From an uncultured Dehalococcoidia bacterium (GTDB lineage Bacteria > Chloroflexota > Dehalococcoidia > Lucifugimonadales > UBA826): DNA of 64,000 nt. Position numbers and translations under genes: made by a program. Below, piece after piece: positions 50,527-60,926 of the stretch (position 1 is the stretch's first letter; every line of letters begins with the position of its first letter). Under the pieces are notes generated by a model. The model made no database searches. It was not told the origin of the DNA and saw only the letters and a list, made by a program, of their open reading frames with translations. Where the stretch lies: assembly GCA_964343265.1 (NCBI GenBank), contig CAYFIW010000003.1:9688-73687 (forward strand), read 5' to 3'.

Positions 50527-51884
50527 GATAGGTACTTCCAATCCGTTCCGTCTGTAGAATCCTCTAACACCACTCCTTGACTTAGTAACTCATCTCTTAT
50601 CTGGTCCGCAAATTCAAACAATTTAGATTCCCTAAGTTTAATCCTAGTATTTATCAAAATTTCCACAAATGGTTCAATGTCACCTTTAGAATCTTGCTGG
50701 GGTTGCATCAAAGTGAATCCCAACACACCTGCGAGAACAGACAAAACTTCCTGTGCCTCGTCAATTCCATGTCCCTCGGATGATCCTTTATTGATTTCTC
50801 TCGCTAACTCAAATAATACTGCCAAGGCACGTGGAGTATTTATGTCATCATCCATAGCCTCGCAAAACTTTGCCTCATAGGTATCACATTCCATTTGGGA
50901 TCCTTCACCTGAGGTTGCCATAAGAGCATTTCTAAGTCTCTCCACCGCCCTAGACTGGTTACCAACGATCTCCTCGCTGTAAGTCAAAGGTCTTCTATAA
51001 TGAGAATTCAGGAAAAACATTCTAAGATCGTCAGATGAGTATTTCTCCAGAGCTTGACCAATTGAAAATACGTTTCCAATAGATTTGCTCATCTTGTCAG
51101 ATCCATATTGAAGAGTGCCATTATGTACCCAAAATCTAGCAAATGGTTTCACGCCTGTAAAAGATTCAGACTGAGCTATTTCATTTTCATGATGAGGAAA
51201 AACAAGATCAAGGCCTCCACCATGAATATCTATGCTTTCACCAAGATATTCTATTGACATAGCCGTACATTCTATATGCCACCCAGGCCTACCTTTACCC
51301 CAAGGACTTTCCCAAAAAGGTTCTCCATTCTTATAACTCTTCCACAATGCAAAATCCCCAGGATATTCTTTTTCTCCGTCAATCTCCAACCTGGCACCAG
51401 CAACCAAATCTTCTAATTTTCGATTGCTTAATTTTCCGTAATCATCTTTTTTACGTACACGGAAGTAGACATCACCACCTTGGGCATATGCCATTCCATT
51501 TTCTATAAGGCCTTGGATTATATTTATAATGGATTCGATTTCATGGGTTGCCCTAGGAAATTTAGAGGCAGGTTTTACGTTTAGTGATTTAAGTTCCTGA
51601 AGGTATTTATCCATATTCCTTTCTGCTAATTCAACCACTGGAATACCCTCTAATGCAGCTCCACTTATCATTTTGTCATCAATGTCTGTGAAGTTTTGTA
51701 TATGATTTACTAAATATCCCTTGTACTCCATATATCTTCTGAGGGTGTCAAATACTACCGCGCACATGGCATGCCCCAGATGCGAAGGAGCATACGGAGT
51801 TATTCCACACACATACATGTTTACAGTATTACGATCGACCTTAAATTCTTCTATCGCTCCAGTAAGAGTGTTATACAGTCTCAT
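50523..51884 (-). CDS. cysS: cysteine--tRNA ligase
   Basis: MRLYNTLTG start, HIGH-type motif SHLGHA, KMSKS motif. The start at 51884 gives an ATGA overlap with the ispF stop. The track start at 51917 is too early. Confidence 0.93.
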   Translation of the reverse strand: MRLYNTLTGAIEEFKVDRNTVNMYVCGITPYAPSHLGHAMCAVVFDTLRRYMEYKGYLVNHIQNFTDIDDKMISGAALEGIPVVELAERNMDKYLQELKSLNVKPASKFPRATHEIESIINIIQGLIENGMAYAQGGDVYFRVRKKDDYGKLSNRKLEDLVAGARLEIDGEKEYPGDFALWKSYKNGEPFWESPWGKGRPGWHIECTAMSIEYLGESIDIHGGGLDLVFPHHENEIAQSESFTGVKPFARFWVHNGTLQYGSDKMSKSIGNVFSIGQALEKYSSDDLRMFFLNSHYRRPLTYSEEIVGNQSRAVERLRNALMATSGEGSQMECDTYEAKFCEAMDDDINTPRALAVLFELAREINKGSSEGHGIDEAQEVLSVLAGVLGFTLMQPQQDSKGDIEPFVEILINTRIKLRESKLFEFADQIRDELLSQGVVLEDSTDGTDWKYLS

Positions 51885-52369
51885 ATTATTTTTTCCAATG
51901 TAGCTACTGACATGCACGCAATACCTTCTTCCTTCCCTATGACTCCTAACCCATCCGTCGTTGTCGCTTTTATATTCACTGAATCAATCTCGAAACCAAG
52001 GTTACTTGCAATATTTGATTCCATGTTAATGATGTGTGGTTTCATAGTGGGATTCTGAGCAATGATTGTAGCATCGACAAACACCACTCCATAACCCGCT
52101 GTTGCGACATATTCACGTACTCGTTCAAGAAGTAGCCCACTTGAAACACCTTTAATATTAGAGTCGTCTGAAGAAAAATAATTCCCAATATCGCCTAGGG
52201 AGGCAGCCCCCAAAATACTATCGATGATAGCGTGTATCAAGACATCCCCATCGCTGTGTCCCTCCAGTCCTTTATCATGTTCAATATGAACTCCTCCAAT
52301 AATTAGCGGAATTCCGTAATTTAATTTATGTGCGTCAAACCCAATTCCAGTCCTAATACTTGACATCAT
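51881..52369 (-). CDS. ispF: 2-C-methyl-D-erythritol 2,4-cyclodiphosphate synthase
   Basis: GIGFDAH and GHSDGDVLIHA motifs. 162 aa. Confidence 0.93.
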   Translation of the reverse strand: MMSSIRTGIGFDAHKLNYGIPLIIGGVHIEHDKGLEGHSDGDVLIHAIIDSILGAASLGDIGNYFSSDDSNIKGVSSGLLLERVREYVATAGYGVVFVDATIIAQNPTMKPHIINMESNIASNLGFEIDSVNIKATTTDGLGVIGKEEGIACMSVATLEKII

Positions 52370-53049
52370 GAACCTCTAGCTATTATTAGAGATTCCATGA
52401 GACCTATATCGTCTCGTACAGTGACTTTAATGTTTCTATGATCTCCCTCAAAAAATGTCACTTCTCTTCCTAGTTTCTCTACCATAAATGAATCGTCACT
52501 AGAATCCTCTGAGATTTCTTCATGGGCTCTCATGATTAAATCATATTCAAAAAATTGGGGTGTTTGAACTAGCCTTAAAGAATTTCTATTAATAGTTGAA
52601 TTTATAATTCCAATTTCGTTAATACTTTTTACAGTATCGTAAATCTTTACCACGGGAACGGCTGCTCCTCTTTTTTTTACTGCCTCAAACCCACTTGTCA
52701 GTAAGTTATATGTCAAAAAAGGTCTTGCGCCATCGTGAATAGCCACATAATCGCAAGGCTCTATCACTGATAACCCTTTTTTTACAGAATCTTGACGCCT
52801 GATCCCTCCACCTAAAACTCGAACATTTTTGTAATTTCTTTTGCTAAAAATATCCGTCGCAGCGCCCACATTGTTATCAGAAACCACAACAATAATTTCA
52901 TCAAACATCCCACATTTATCAAAAGCTTCTATGCTATGGCAAACTAGAGGTAACCCTCCAAGATTGTGGAAAATTTTATCGATCCCGGACATTCGGGTAC
53001 TTTTACCAGCAGCGACAACAACTGCAACATTTCTAGCCATTAATTTCAT
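52366..53049 (-). CDS. ispD: 2-C-methyl-D-erythritol 4-phosphate cytidylyltransferase
   Basis: VVVAAGKSTRM P-loop-like motif and VAIHDGARPF motif. 4-nt overlap with ispF. Confidence 0.9.
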   Translation of the reverse strand: MKLMARNVAVVVAAGKSTRMSGIDKIFHNLGGLPLVCHSIEAFDKCGMFDEIIVVVSDNNVGAATDIFSKRNYKNVRVLGGGIRRQDSVKKGLSVIEPCDYVAIHDGARPFLTYNLLTSGFEAVKKRGAAVPVVKIYDTVKSINEIGIINSTINRNSLRLVQTPQFFEYDLIMRAHEEISEDSSDDSFMVEKLGREVTFFEGDHRNIKVTVRDDIGLMESLIIARGS

Positions 53050-53155
53050 CCAATCTTAGGACCACATAATCCAATTTTTACCAGAAAGCATTCTGTGCTA
53101 AAACTACACAGAGCACAAATATAACGTACTTATTCTTATTACAAACATATTAGAT

Positions 53156-54340
53156 ATGATACGGCAAGACATGAATAATCGATTACATAGAACTAGAAAA
53201 ATACTGAGATATATCACATTCACCGTGATAGTAATCCTGCTAATGTCTCTTTCAACAGATATAGGGAGATCATCTATAAAGGCATTTTTGTTTATACCAC
53301 AAGTGATATCCGGAGCCCCAAGACCACTAGAATATGTAACGCCTTCTCCCTCGAGGGAATCCATAAATTTTTTGACTCTGAATGGGCAGCAAGCGAAAGC
53401 CGATCTTTATATTCCTGCAGGAAAAAACAGACACCCAGCTGTTGTGTTTTTTATGGGGGTAATACCGCCGGATAGCGATGACTCTAGAATAATTGCTCTC
53501 GCCGAAGGTCTAGCTAGAACAGGTATGATTGTAATGATCCCATGGTTAGATACTCAATACAACAACCGAATAGAAGAATCTGACATTGCTAAACTCGTTG
53601 ATGCCTTTATATACCTTGAGGATCATCCACAAGTTAAAAGAGGGGAAATCGGCATGGGAGGTATATGTACTGGCGCCTCTATGATTACTATAGCCGCCCA
53701 AGATTTGCGAATCAATGAACGTGTCAAATTTATAAACTCATTTGCAGGGTATTATGACGCGTCTGATTTCATAGTTGCAACTATGTCAGAGACACGATTT
53801 TATGATGGAAACAATGATCCCTGGAAACCAAACAGATTAACTCGCAGACTGATCATTGATCATCTGATTAGCAATTCACACACAAAAGATAGATTCATCA
53901 TAGATAAAGTTATGGAGAAGGGCACTTGGACTGAAATTGAAGAAAGACAATTATCAGAAAATGGTCAAGCTATTTTAACTCTCTTATCAAAACCAACTAC
54001 TAAAGTTGCGCAAGAAGCAATACAGAACTTAAGCAAAGAAAATAAAGATTTTCTTAGCCGTATCTCACCGAGTACAAAAATCTCCAATATGCGGGCTGAC
54101 GTATTGATCATGCACGACACTTTTGACACTATGGTTCCATCAGAAGAATCTAAAAGGTTTGCAGAATCGCTGAAAACAAACACTTTTGTCAACGATGTCT
54201 ATCACACAGAATTTACCCTTTTCCAAAATGCTGTACAAGTCCACAGTGAATCTGAACAATCTATATCTACTCTAGCCTTCATTAACCAAGCATGGAAGCT
54301 ATACAAACACATGTACAATATTATGAGACTGTCACACTAG
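53156..54340 (+). CDS. membrane-anchored alpha/beta-fold hydrolase (dienelactone hydrolase-like), tentative
   Basis: 394 aa. N-terminal signal-anchor helix (ITFTVIVILLMSL). GMGGICTGAS elbow-like segment and a late HDTFD segment. Family assignment is weak. Confidence 0.5.
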   Translation: MIRQDMNNRLHRTRKILRYITFTVIVILLMSLSTDIGRSSIKAFLFIPQVISGAPRPLEYVTPSPSRESINFLTLNGQQAKADLYIPAGKNRHPAVVFFMGVIPPDSDDSRIIALAEGLARTGMIVMIPWLDTQYNNRIEESDIAKLVDAFIYLEDHPQVKRGEIGMGGICTGASMITIAAQDLRINERVKFINSFAGYYDASDFIVATMSETRFYDGNNDPWKPNRLTRRLIIDHLISNSHTKDRFIIDKVMEKGTWTEIEERQLSENGQAILTLLSKPTTKVAQEAIQNLSKENKDFLSRISPSTKISNMRADVLIMHDTFDTMVPSEESKRFAESLKTNTFVNDVYHTEFTLFQNAVQVHSESEQSISTLAFINQAWKLYKHMYNIMRLSH

Positions 54341-54386
54341 GTAAAAAACTTCATAATCTGGTTATAGACCAACTTAGGAGAGGAAC

Positions 54387-54950
54387 GTGGGGACAAATTA
54401 TTGGATGTTTGTCGAAACAGAGGAAAACGCATCTATCACAAGAGAACTGGGATATAAGTTATTCGGCATGGGGCCACGTTATAGGAAAAGGGCGCAACGC
54501 ATGCAGAAAAATGACAGAGTGCTATTTTATACTAGAACAACTATGAATTGGACTGCTACTGCTACAATAACATCAGAATGTTTTGAAGATTCTTCCCCAG
54601 TCTGGGAACCCAAGTCAAAACCCTCAGACTTTAAATTTAGAATTGAACTAAAGCCAGATTTTATTCTTAGGGACGACGAATACATAGACGGGCTTCAATT
54701 AGGGCCAAGCTTGGAATATGTTAAGAGATGGTCCCCAGAAAATTGGCCTCTTGCGTTTTGGGATAAATTACATTTGCTTCCACAAAGAGACTTCAAATTG
54801 TTGGAAAGCGAAATAATGAGAATAAAGACTGGCGAGCCAGGTGAATTGTTGCCAAAGAATATAAGAACTATAAGGAAACGAGCACCTAGAAATTACACCG
54901 CCAAACGTACGTCAGTCACTGACGCATCACAAAGTGGAAGTGTTAATTAA
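54387..54950 (+). CDS. EVE/PUA-like domain protein with basic C-terminal tail, tentative
   Basis: NYWMFV start, then MQKNDRVLFY and a beta-rich core, as in EVE-domain proteins. The tail is RTIRKRAPRNYTAKR. GTG start with AGGAGAGG upstream. Confidence 0.42.
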   Translation: MGTNYWMFVETEENASITRELGYKLFGMGPRYRKRAQRMQKNDRVLFYTRTTMNWTATATITSECFEDSSPVWEPKSKPSDFKFRIELKPDFILRDDEYIDGLQLGPSLEYVKRWSPENWPLAFWDKLHLLPQRDFKLLESEIMRIKTGEPGELLPKNIRTIRKRAPRNYTAKRTSVTDASQSGSVN

Positions 54951-55002
54951 AACGAAAGTAATTATTGAGAACTGATTCAAGGCTTGTTGGAGTAACAAAT
55001 TT

Positions 55003-55950
55003 CTAACTCATAAGATCGTTAATGAGATCTGTAATCTCCTCTGGCAAGTCGTTCTCTTCAAGACCTCCAATAAACTCCCGTAACGTCTCTGAGTCCGTTA
55101 TGTTAGGCAAAATGGCACTAACCAATTGATTTTGCAGGGGAAATCTCAAAGCAACAACCTCAGGATCCAGATCAAATTCCATACAAATCTTTATAAATTT
55201 ATCCACAAACTTCATGGGATTGCCTATACCGCCCAACTCTCCAAGCAACTCCTTATTTTCTAACAACATGTTCCGATCAAAGGTACTATCCAGAAGGCCA
55301 TAAAAATGCGTCCTGCGGGCTATTATGGACAAATTCGTTAAAGTAGAGTTATCTTCAATGGTTCTTAACATATCTATCTCAATTGGATTGTAAGGCAACT
55401 GAAAAAATTGACAGTCTCTCTCAGAGACGAGTATCTCGCAAACTTCCCTAGAATCAGAGTCTATCTCGATCGCGGACCCCCAGGTCAGTATTTTCCCTTG
55501 CTCTTTCAACCTCTCAAGCGCCTCGAAAGCACCATCACTTTCCACATCTGTCAAATTTGGATAGTGCATTTGAAATAAATCTATATAGTCAGTTTTGAGG
55601 CGCCTCAACGATTGCTCACATGAGTAAATCAAATAGTCAGGGGAGAAATTTTTCTTATTCGAATCTTCTCCAAAAACATCGGAGTGATAGAAGTCAACGC
55701 CTACTTTAGTACTTATCACAATATTTTTTCTAACAGTAGAAAGAGCCTCAGCAATCAGTTCCTCACTGTAGCCATTTCCGTATGAATCAGCGGTATCAAA
55801 AAGGTTCACACCTAGCGAAAATGCCTCATTCAAAATATTGGATGCACCTTCAAGAGTTATGGATCCCCATCCGTGAGTACTAAGAGTCCACAAGCCAAAC
55901 CCCATCTCTGAAACATTTGTTTCTAGGCCTACTATTTCGTTATATTTCAA
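55003..55950 (-). CDS. aldo/keto reductase
   Basis: 315 aa. GFGLW, FDTADSYGNGYSEE, and STKVG with the catalytic-tetrad residues in order. Confidence 0.85.
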   Translation of the reverse strand: MKYNEIVGLETNVSEMGFGLWTLSTHGWGSITLEGASNILNEAFSLGVNLFDTADSYGNGYSEELIAEALSTVRKNIVISTKVGVDFYHSDVFGEDSNKKNFSPDYLIYSCEQSLRRLKTDYIDLFQMHYPNLTDVESDGAFEALERLKEQGKILTWGSAIEIDSDSREVCEILVSERDCQFFQLPYNPIEIDMLRTIEDNSTLTNLSIIARRTHFYGLLDSTFDRNMLLENKELLGELGGIGNPMKFVDKFIKICMEFDLDPEVVALRFPLQNQLVSAILPNITDSETLREFIGGLEENDLPEEITDLINDLMS

Positions 55951-55992
55951 ATCTAGTAGTCAAACCTTACGACGTGGAAAAATATCAAAATC

Positions 55993-56586
55993 TCACACTA
56001 ATGATGCAGACAAAATTTCTTTGAGTTTTTCACTCATTTTTGTATACTCGGACTCATTAAGAACTGGAGTCATTTTATCTAGTTCAACAGGTTTATTGAA
56101 TTCTATCCACGACTTACATCCTGCAAATTCTGAAGATACCGGAACTTCAACTGGCTCATGTAATTTATAGATTCTCAATAAAGCAATAGTAAGAGGCTGT
56201 GATGGTCTCCAGTGAAATCTGGATCTAGCATATTCACTAGTCCAAAGATGTTTATCACTTATCTTTGACAGATCCTGTTCATCTCTAAGCTCAAACTTGT
56301 CTGTCACCTTGGCCCATAAATTAAATGAAACAACTCCCCTTTCTAGAGGTGGTGAATCGATTAAATTCTGGCACATATCAGAAAACTCAGGTTTTACTAA
56401 CTCAGGTTTTTGATGCTCATAAGTCTCTAAAATTAAGAATTCAGGATGAATTAATCTAAAATTCTTGTCTTCCTGATGTATACCCCCCTTCCTTAATATG
56501 AGAATTTGCTTCCCCTGTGACAACGCCTGAGCAGTAACTGCCCATTCTTTTAAAGCGACTTGCACTCGTGTTACCACAGCGCTCAT
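55993..56586 (-). CDS. DUF1802-family protein
   Basis: 197 aa. ALKEWAVTAQALSQGKQILILRKGGI N-terminus and a TYEHQ segment, as I remember for DUF1802. Confidence 0.6.
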   Translation of the reverse strand: MSAVVTRVQVALKEWAVTAQALSQGKQILILRKGGIHQEDKNFRLIHPEFLILETYEHQKPELVKPEFSDMCQNLIDSPPLERGVVSFNLWAKVTDKFELRDEQDLSKISDKHLWTSEYARSRFHWRPSQPLTIALLRIYKLHEPVEVPVSSEFAGCKSWIEFNKPVELDKMTPVLNESEYTKMSEKLKEILSASLV

Positions 56587-56815
56587 ATTTGTAGCTCCTT
56601 TAACATAATTATTAATATGTAAACCTAAGCATCACTAAAATACTCTAGCACATTGAGGTTTGCATCTGATGTATTGATATATTAAATAACAAAATCACCT
56701 AAAGGTATTTCAAGACACAGCCGTCGTAATTTCGTAAAATGATGCTGTTAAACATATCTCGTACAGTTCATTTCAAAGTAATATTGCAATAAATTTATCA
56801 GGAAACCGTGTAAAA

Positions 56816-57877
56816 ATGTCCACAGATCACAAACATGAACCTGTCCGATTAACTAGTCTGGCATCGTGCGCAGGTTGAGCATCTAAGCTTAGTCCCGAAG
56901 ACCTGTCGCAAGTTTTGCGACAGCTACCCAATGTGTCCCATCCAAATCTACTTGTTGGGACATCTACAAGTGATGACGCAGCCGTTTATAAAATAAATGA
57001 TGACATCGCCACCGTGATGACCGTAGATTTTTTTCCTCCCATAGTTGATGATCCATTTACATTTGGGGAAATCGCTGCAGCAAATTCTCTTTCTGACATA
57101 TATGCTATGGGGGCAACAGCTATTGCCGCTCTAAACGTTGTCGGGTTTCCATCTAATCTAGACATGAACATCCTAGCGAAAATTCTTCAAGGTGGAGCTT
57201 CCAAAGCAGCTGAAGCAGGCATAGTGATAGCTGGTGGGCACACCGTTGTAGATAACGAACCAAAATACGGTCTTTCCGTGACAGGACTGGTAAAACCCGG
57301 AATGGAAGTCACTAATGCAGGAGCAACAGCAGGAAACGTATTGATTTTGACAAAACCGATAGGAACAGGAATCATCACCACCGCTGGTAAACAAGGAAAT
57401 GTAAGTGAATCAGTACTGTCAGAAGCAATAGATGTAATGTCACAACTCAACAAATCAGCATCAGAAGCAATGACAGAAGTTGGAGTAGCCGCCTGTTCAG
57501 ATGTGACAGGGTTTGGGCTCATGGGACATCTTAAAGAAATGGTCGAGGGATCTGGAGTCTCTGCCAATATATCTGTTTCCAATATCCCTGTAATAAAGGG
57601 AACCCATGAACTCATTGAAAACGGAATAGCGCCAGGTGGGACGATGAGAAATCTAGACTCCCTAAGCCAGGTGGCCCAATGGGAGCACAGGATCACTGAA
57701 AATCAAAAAATCCTTTTAAGTGACGCTCAAACATCAGGAGGATTGCTTATAGCTGTGGATCATGAAAAAAGTAGAAGACTTTTAGATGCTCTCATTGTTA
57801 ATGGAGTCAAGGCAGCCTCAATAATCGGAGAGACCATCAAATCAACTGGCTCAAATAAAATTTACGTGAGTCCATGA
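56816..57877 (+). CDS. selD: selenide, water dikinase (selenophosphate synthetase), selenocysteine-containing: in-frame TGA about 60 nt after the ATG
   Basis: ORF 56915..57877 carries SelD motifs (DDAAVYKI, DVTGFGLMGHL, GLLIAV). The same frame extends upstream as MSTDHKHEPVRLTSLASCAG-TGA-ASKLSPEDLSQVL, matching the SelD N-terminal loop with TGA at the catalytic Cys position. Start coordinate is +/-1 nt. Confidence 0.85.
56903..56924 (+). promoter_or_regulatory. candidate bacterial SECIS hairpin in selD mRNA
   Basis: CTGTCGC-AAGTTTT-GCGACAG: a perfect 7-bp stem with a 7-nt loop containing G and U, beginning about 25 nt after the in-frame TGA. Confidence 0.5.
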
Positions 57878-57955
57878 TTAACATAAAAATAAATACTGTG
57901 TTCGACAGCAATTGTGACGATAAGTCAAAATTATTTTCAACAATCTTAAAAATTC

Positions 57956-59647
57956 ATGACAGGAGTGCATGAATTGAAGAATACGGCTGATCTTATAAAA
58001 GCGTCTATCCTTGAGGGATTAGAGAACTCTATAAAATCAGGGGAATTACCTGATATTGTGACTAATGACGCATCTGTTGAACGTCCCCAGAATCCAGAAC
58101 ATGGAAATTTTGCCAGTAGCCTACCAATGAAACTAGCGCGTCAAATCAAAATGCCTCCAACAGATATTGCCAAAATCATCTCAAACCACATGACTCCTAC
58201 CGACCTTATACGAAATACTCAAATAGCCCCACCGGGATTTATCAATATATTTCTGAATAAATCTTGGCTTTTAGGGCAGATTCGTGAGATTCAAAAAAAC
58301 AAAGACCATTTTTTCAAAGATAAAAAGACTGGGAAAGGAAAAATACAAGTTGAATACGTAAGTGCCAATCCAACAGGCCGGCTTCACATCGCACATGCAC
58401 GGGGAGCTGTTGTAGGCAGTACTATCGCAAAATTATTTCGTTTCTCCGGATATGAAGTTGAAGAGGAATACTATCTCAACGACGCCGGCAGCCAGATAGA
58501 TAATTTCAATTCGTCTTTACTAAAACGATACAAACAGGAATTTGGCATTGATGATCCAATTATCGACAATGAATACCCAGGTGAAGATCTAATAGCCATA
58601 GCAAAACAGATAAAGTCTATGCACGGAGATAGATTACTTAATTTAGCCACTGATAAAGCACTTCTTGAAATAGGCAAGCTCGGAAACATATTAATTATCG
58701 AAGGTATAACCGAAGACGTGAAGTCATTACGAATAATATTTGATAATTGGTTCAGTGAAAAAAGCTTGATTGAAACCGGCCAATTAAAAAAATGCATGGA
58801 TGAACTGAAAGACAGGGGATTAGTTGAGCATAAAGACGGAGCGACATGGTTGCTCTCCACAAAACTTGGTGAAGAAAAAGATAACGTTCTAGTAAGAAGT
58901 ACAGGATCTCCATCCTATTTCGCTACAGATATTGCCTATCATCACAATAAATTCACAAAAAGGAATTTCGATCGAGTGATTGATGTGTGGGGGGCCGATC
59001 ATCAAGGACAAGTACCTAGATTAAAGTCAGCTCTTTCTGCTCTGGGCAGCAATCCTGAAAATTTGGATATGGTTTTAGTACAAATGGTGAGATTCAAAAA
59101 AGGGGAAACTTCAGAGAAACTATCTAAAAGAAAGGGCAACATAATTCCTCTGATAGATCTCGTCGAAGAAATTGGAGCAGATGCTTGTAGATTCATGTTT
59201 CTATCCCGTTCACATGACAGTCAACTTGATTTTGATCTTGAACTGGCAAAAAAAGCCTCGGCCGAAAATCCAGTCTATTATGTTCAATACGCACATGCTA
59301 GGATTTGCAGCTTAATAGATTTGGCTGCCCAAAAAAACATAGACTTTTCTAATGCTAGTTTGAATACAATTGAGCATAAAAGTGAATTAGATCTACTCAA
59401 TAAGATGTTGGAATTACCGGAAGTTGTAGAAACTGCCGTCACTAATTTAGAACCTCATCACCTACCCTATTATTCGATAGACCTAGCGAATTACTTTCAT
59501 AATTTCTACCAAAATTGCAGAGTTATTTCTGAAAATGATGAACACGCCGATGTAACCATTGACCGTCTTGCTTTAGTTTCTGCTGTGAGAGTTGTACTAA
59601 AAAAATGTTTGGATCTAATGGGAATGCAATCTCCAGAAAAAATGTGA
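57956..59647 (+). CDS. argS: arginine--tRNA ligase
   Basis: 563 aa. HIGH-type ANPTGRLHIAHARG, a KLSKRKG (KMSK-like) motif and a C-terminal DALR anticodon-binding region. Confidence 0.95.
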   Translation: MTGVHELKNTADLIKASILEGLENSIKSGELPDIVTNDASVERPQNPEHGNFASSLPMKLARQIKMPPTDIAKIISNHMTPTDLIRNTQIAPPGFINIFLNKSWLLGQIREIQKNKDHFFKDKKTGKGKIQVEYVSANPTGRLHIAHARGAVVGSTIAKLFRFSGYEVEEEYYLNDAGSQIDNFNSSLLKRYKQEFGIDDPIIDNEYPGEDLIAIAKQIKSMHGDRLLNLATDKALLEIGKLGNILIIEGITEDVKSLRIIFDNWFSEKSLIETGQLKKCMDELKDRGLVEHKDGATWLLSTKLGEEKDNVLVRSTGSPSYFATDIAYHHNKFTKRNFDRVIDVWGADHQGQVPRLKSALSALGSNPENLDMVLVQMVRFKKGETSEKLSKRKGNIIPLIDLVEEIGADACRFMFLSRSHDSQLDFDLELAKKASAENPVYYVQYAHARICSLIDLAAQKNIDFSNASLNTIEHKSELDLLNKMLELPEVVETAVTNLEPHHLPYYSIDLANYFHNFYQNCRVISENDEHADVTIDRLALVSAVRVVLKKCLDLMGMQSPEKM

Positions 59648-59730
59648 AACGGACTTGAAAATCATCTGTTCATCATAATTCATGTTTCATTATCAACATA
59701 TGGCCTGAATCAAAAAAAGCGGAAAAACTA

Positions 59731-60834
59731 ATGAAAATCACCAGCATAGAAACTATCTCTCTCAGTAATCCGCGGGCGACGCCTATACAGGATGCAACAA
59801 CAGAAACTCCCAATAATTTTTCTGGAAGAGGGCAATTATTTGTTCGCATATACACTGACGAAGGTGTTGAAGGACTTGGTATGACATATTCTTCGCCTGG
59901 GGTGAAGGATGTTGTGGAAAATGCTCTGATGCAGATACTCATCGGCAGAGATCCCATGGACACAGAAAAGATCTGGAATGACATGCTATGGAAAGTAAGA
60001 AGCTATGGAAGAAAAGGAGTTGCACTCTGTGCTATCTCAGCTGTGGACATTGCATTATGGGACCTAAAGGCAAAATTTCTAAATCTACCACTTTACAAAC
60101 TGCTAGGCGCATATACTGATTCTGTCCCCATTTACGGAAGCGGAGGATGGACTAATTTAACAAAGTCGGAATTAATACAGGAAATGACCGACTATGTGGA
60201 GTCTGGAATTCCCCGAGTGAAAATGAAGGTCGGAAAAAACTTTGGAAATTGCGAAAGAGAAGATATAGAGCGTGTTGAAGCAGTGAGAAATGCAGTTGGC
60301 TACGATATTGCGTTATATATTGATGCCAATAATGGCTATCGCAAAAAACAAGCTATATATATGGCTAAAGAATTTGAACAGTTTCAAGTTGGTTGGCTTG
60401 AGGAACCTTTGATTCCAGATGACGTGGATGGTATGTCAGAAATAACCAGATCCACAACCATACCGATAGCTTCCGGGGAATTGGAATACACTAAATACGG
60501 CTTCAAAGAACTTATATTTCGTGGGGGTGCCGATATAGTACAGCCAGACGTGGGCAGAGTTGGAGGGGTTACAGAATGGATAAAGGTCGCCCATTTGGCT
60601 GAAAGCTTTAATTTACCTGTGGCTCCACATGCCCTTCAGTTGGTTCATCTACATCTTAGTTGTGCGATTCCAAATTTAAAAGCGGTAGAGTACATGAATA
60701 TATCTTTGGAAAATGATGACTTATGGTTTACAGATTTCCCTAAACAATCTAATGGTATGTGGGCGCCATTTCACGACAAGCCAGGTCTTGGTCTAGATCT
60801 CGATCACTATTCTGTCGCCAAGTACGCCCAATAG
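59731..60834 (+). CDS. enolase-superfamily enzyme (mandelate racemase/muconate lactonizing family)
   Basis: 367 aa. Metal-ligand segments YIDANNGY, WLEEPL and ASGELEY, and a DIVQPDVGRVGG segment. Confidence 0.85.
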   Translation: MKITSIETISLSNPRATPIQDATTETPNNFSGRGQLFVRIYTDEGVEGLGMTYSSPGVKDVVENALMQILIGRDPMDTEKIWNDMLWKVRSYGRKGVALCAISAVDIALWDLKAKFLNLPLYKLLGAYTDSVPIYGSGGWTNLTKSELIQEMTDYVESGIPRVKMKVGKNFGNCEREDIERVEAVRNAVGYDIALYIDANNGYRKKQAIYMAKEFEQFQVGWLEEPLIPDDVDGMSEITRSTTIPIASGELEYTKYGFKELIFRGGADIVQPDVGRVGGVTEWIKVAHLAESFNLPVAPHALQLVHLHLSCAIPNLKAVEYMNISLENDDLWFTDFPKQSNGMWAPFHDKPGLGLDLDHYSVAKYAQ

Positions 60835-60926
60835 CCGTTTACCATGATTCTCAACTTATACGGACTTAACAGGACCATTTCGAACTATAAAATGTTTACA
60901 TTAAATGCCCATGGAGTCGATCAAAA

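Noticed and set aside
56882-56892. Perfect palindrome CTAAGCTTAG immediately after the selD TGA, considered as the SECIS.
   Set aside because: It has no loop (it is centred on an AAGCTT site), so it cannot form a stable RNA hairpin. The 7-bp stem further downstream is the better candidate.
57187-57696. Long antisense ORFs inside well-supported genes. Examples: 57187..57696 in selD, 35110..35457 in ispG, 5393..5797 across pgi/tal, 41409..41838 in Ldh_2, 44635..45042 in the ABC ATPase, 19876..20262 in the fumarase, 38737..39108 in LLM, 27971..28354 in rpsB.
   Set aside because: Each lies wholly opposite a gene with clear family motifs. They have low-complexity or odd composition, no recognisable motifs and no plausible Shine-Dalgarno. 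They are treated as chance open frames.
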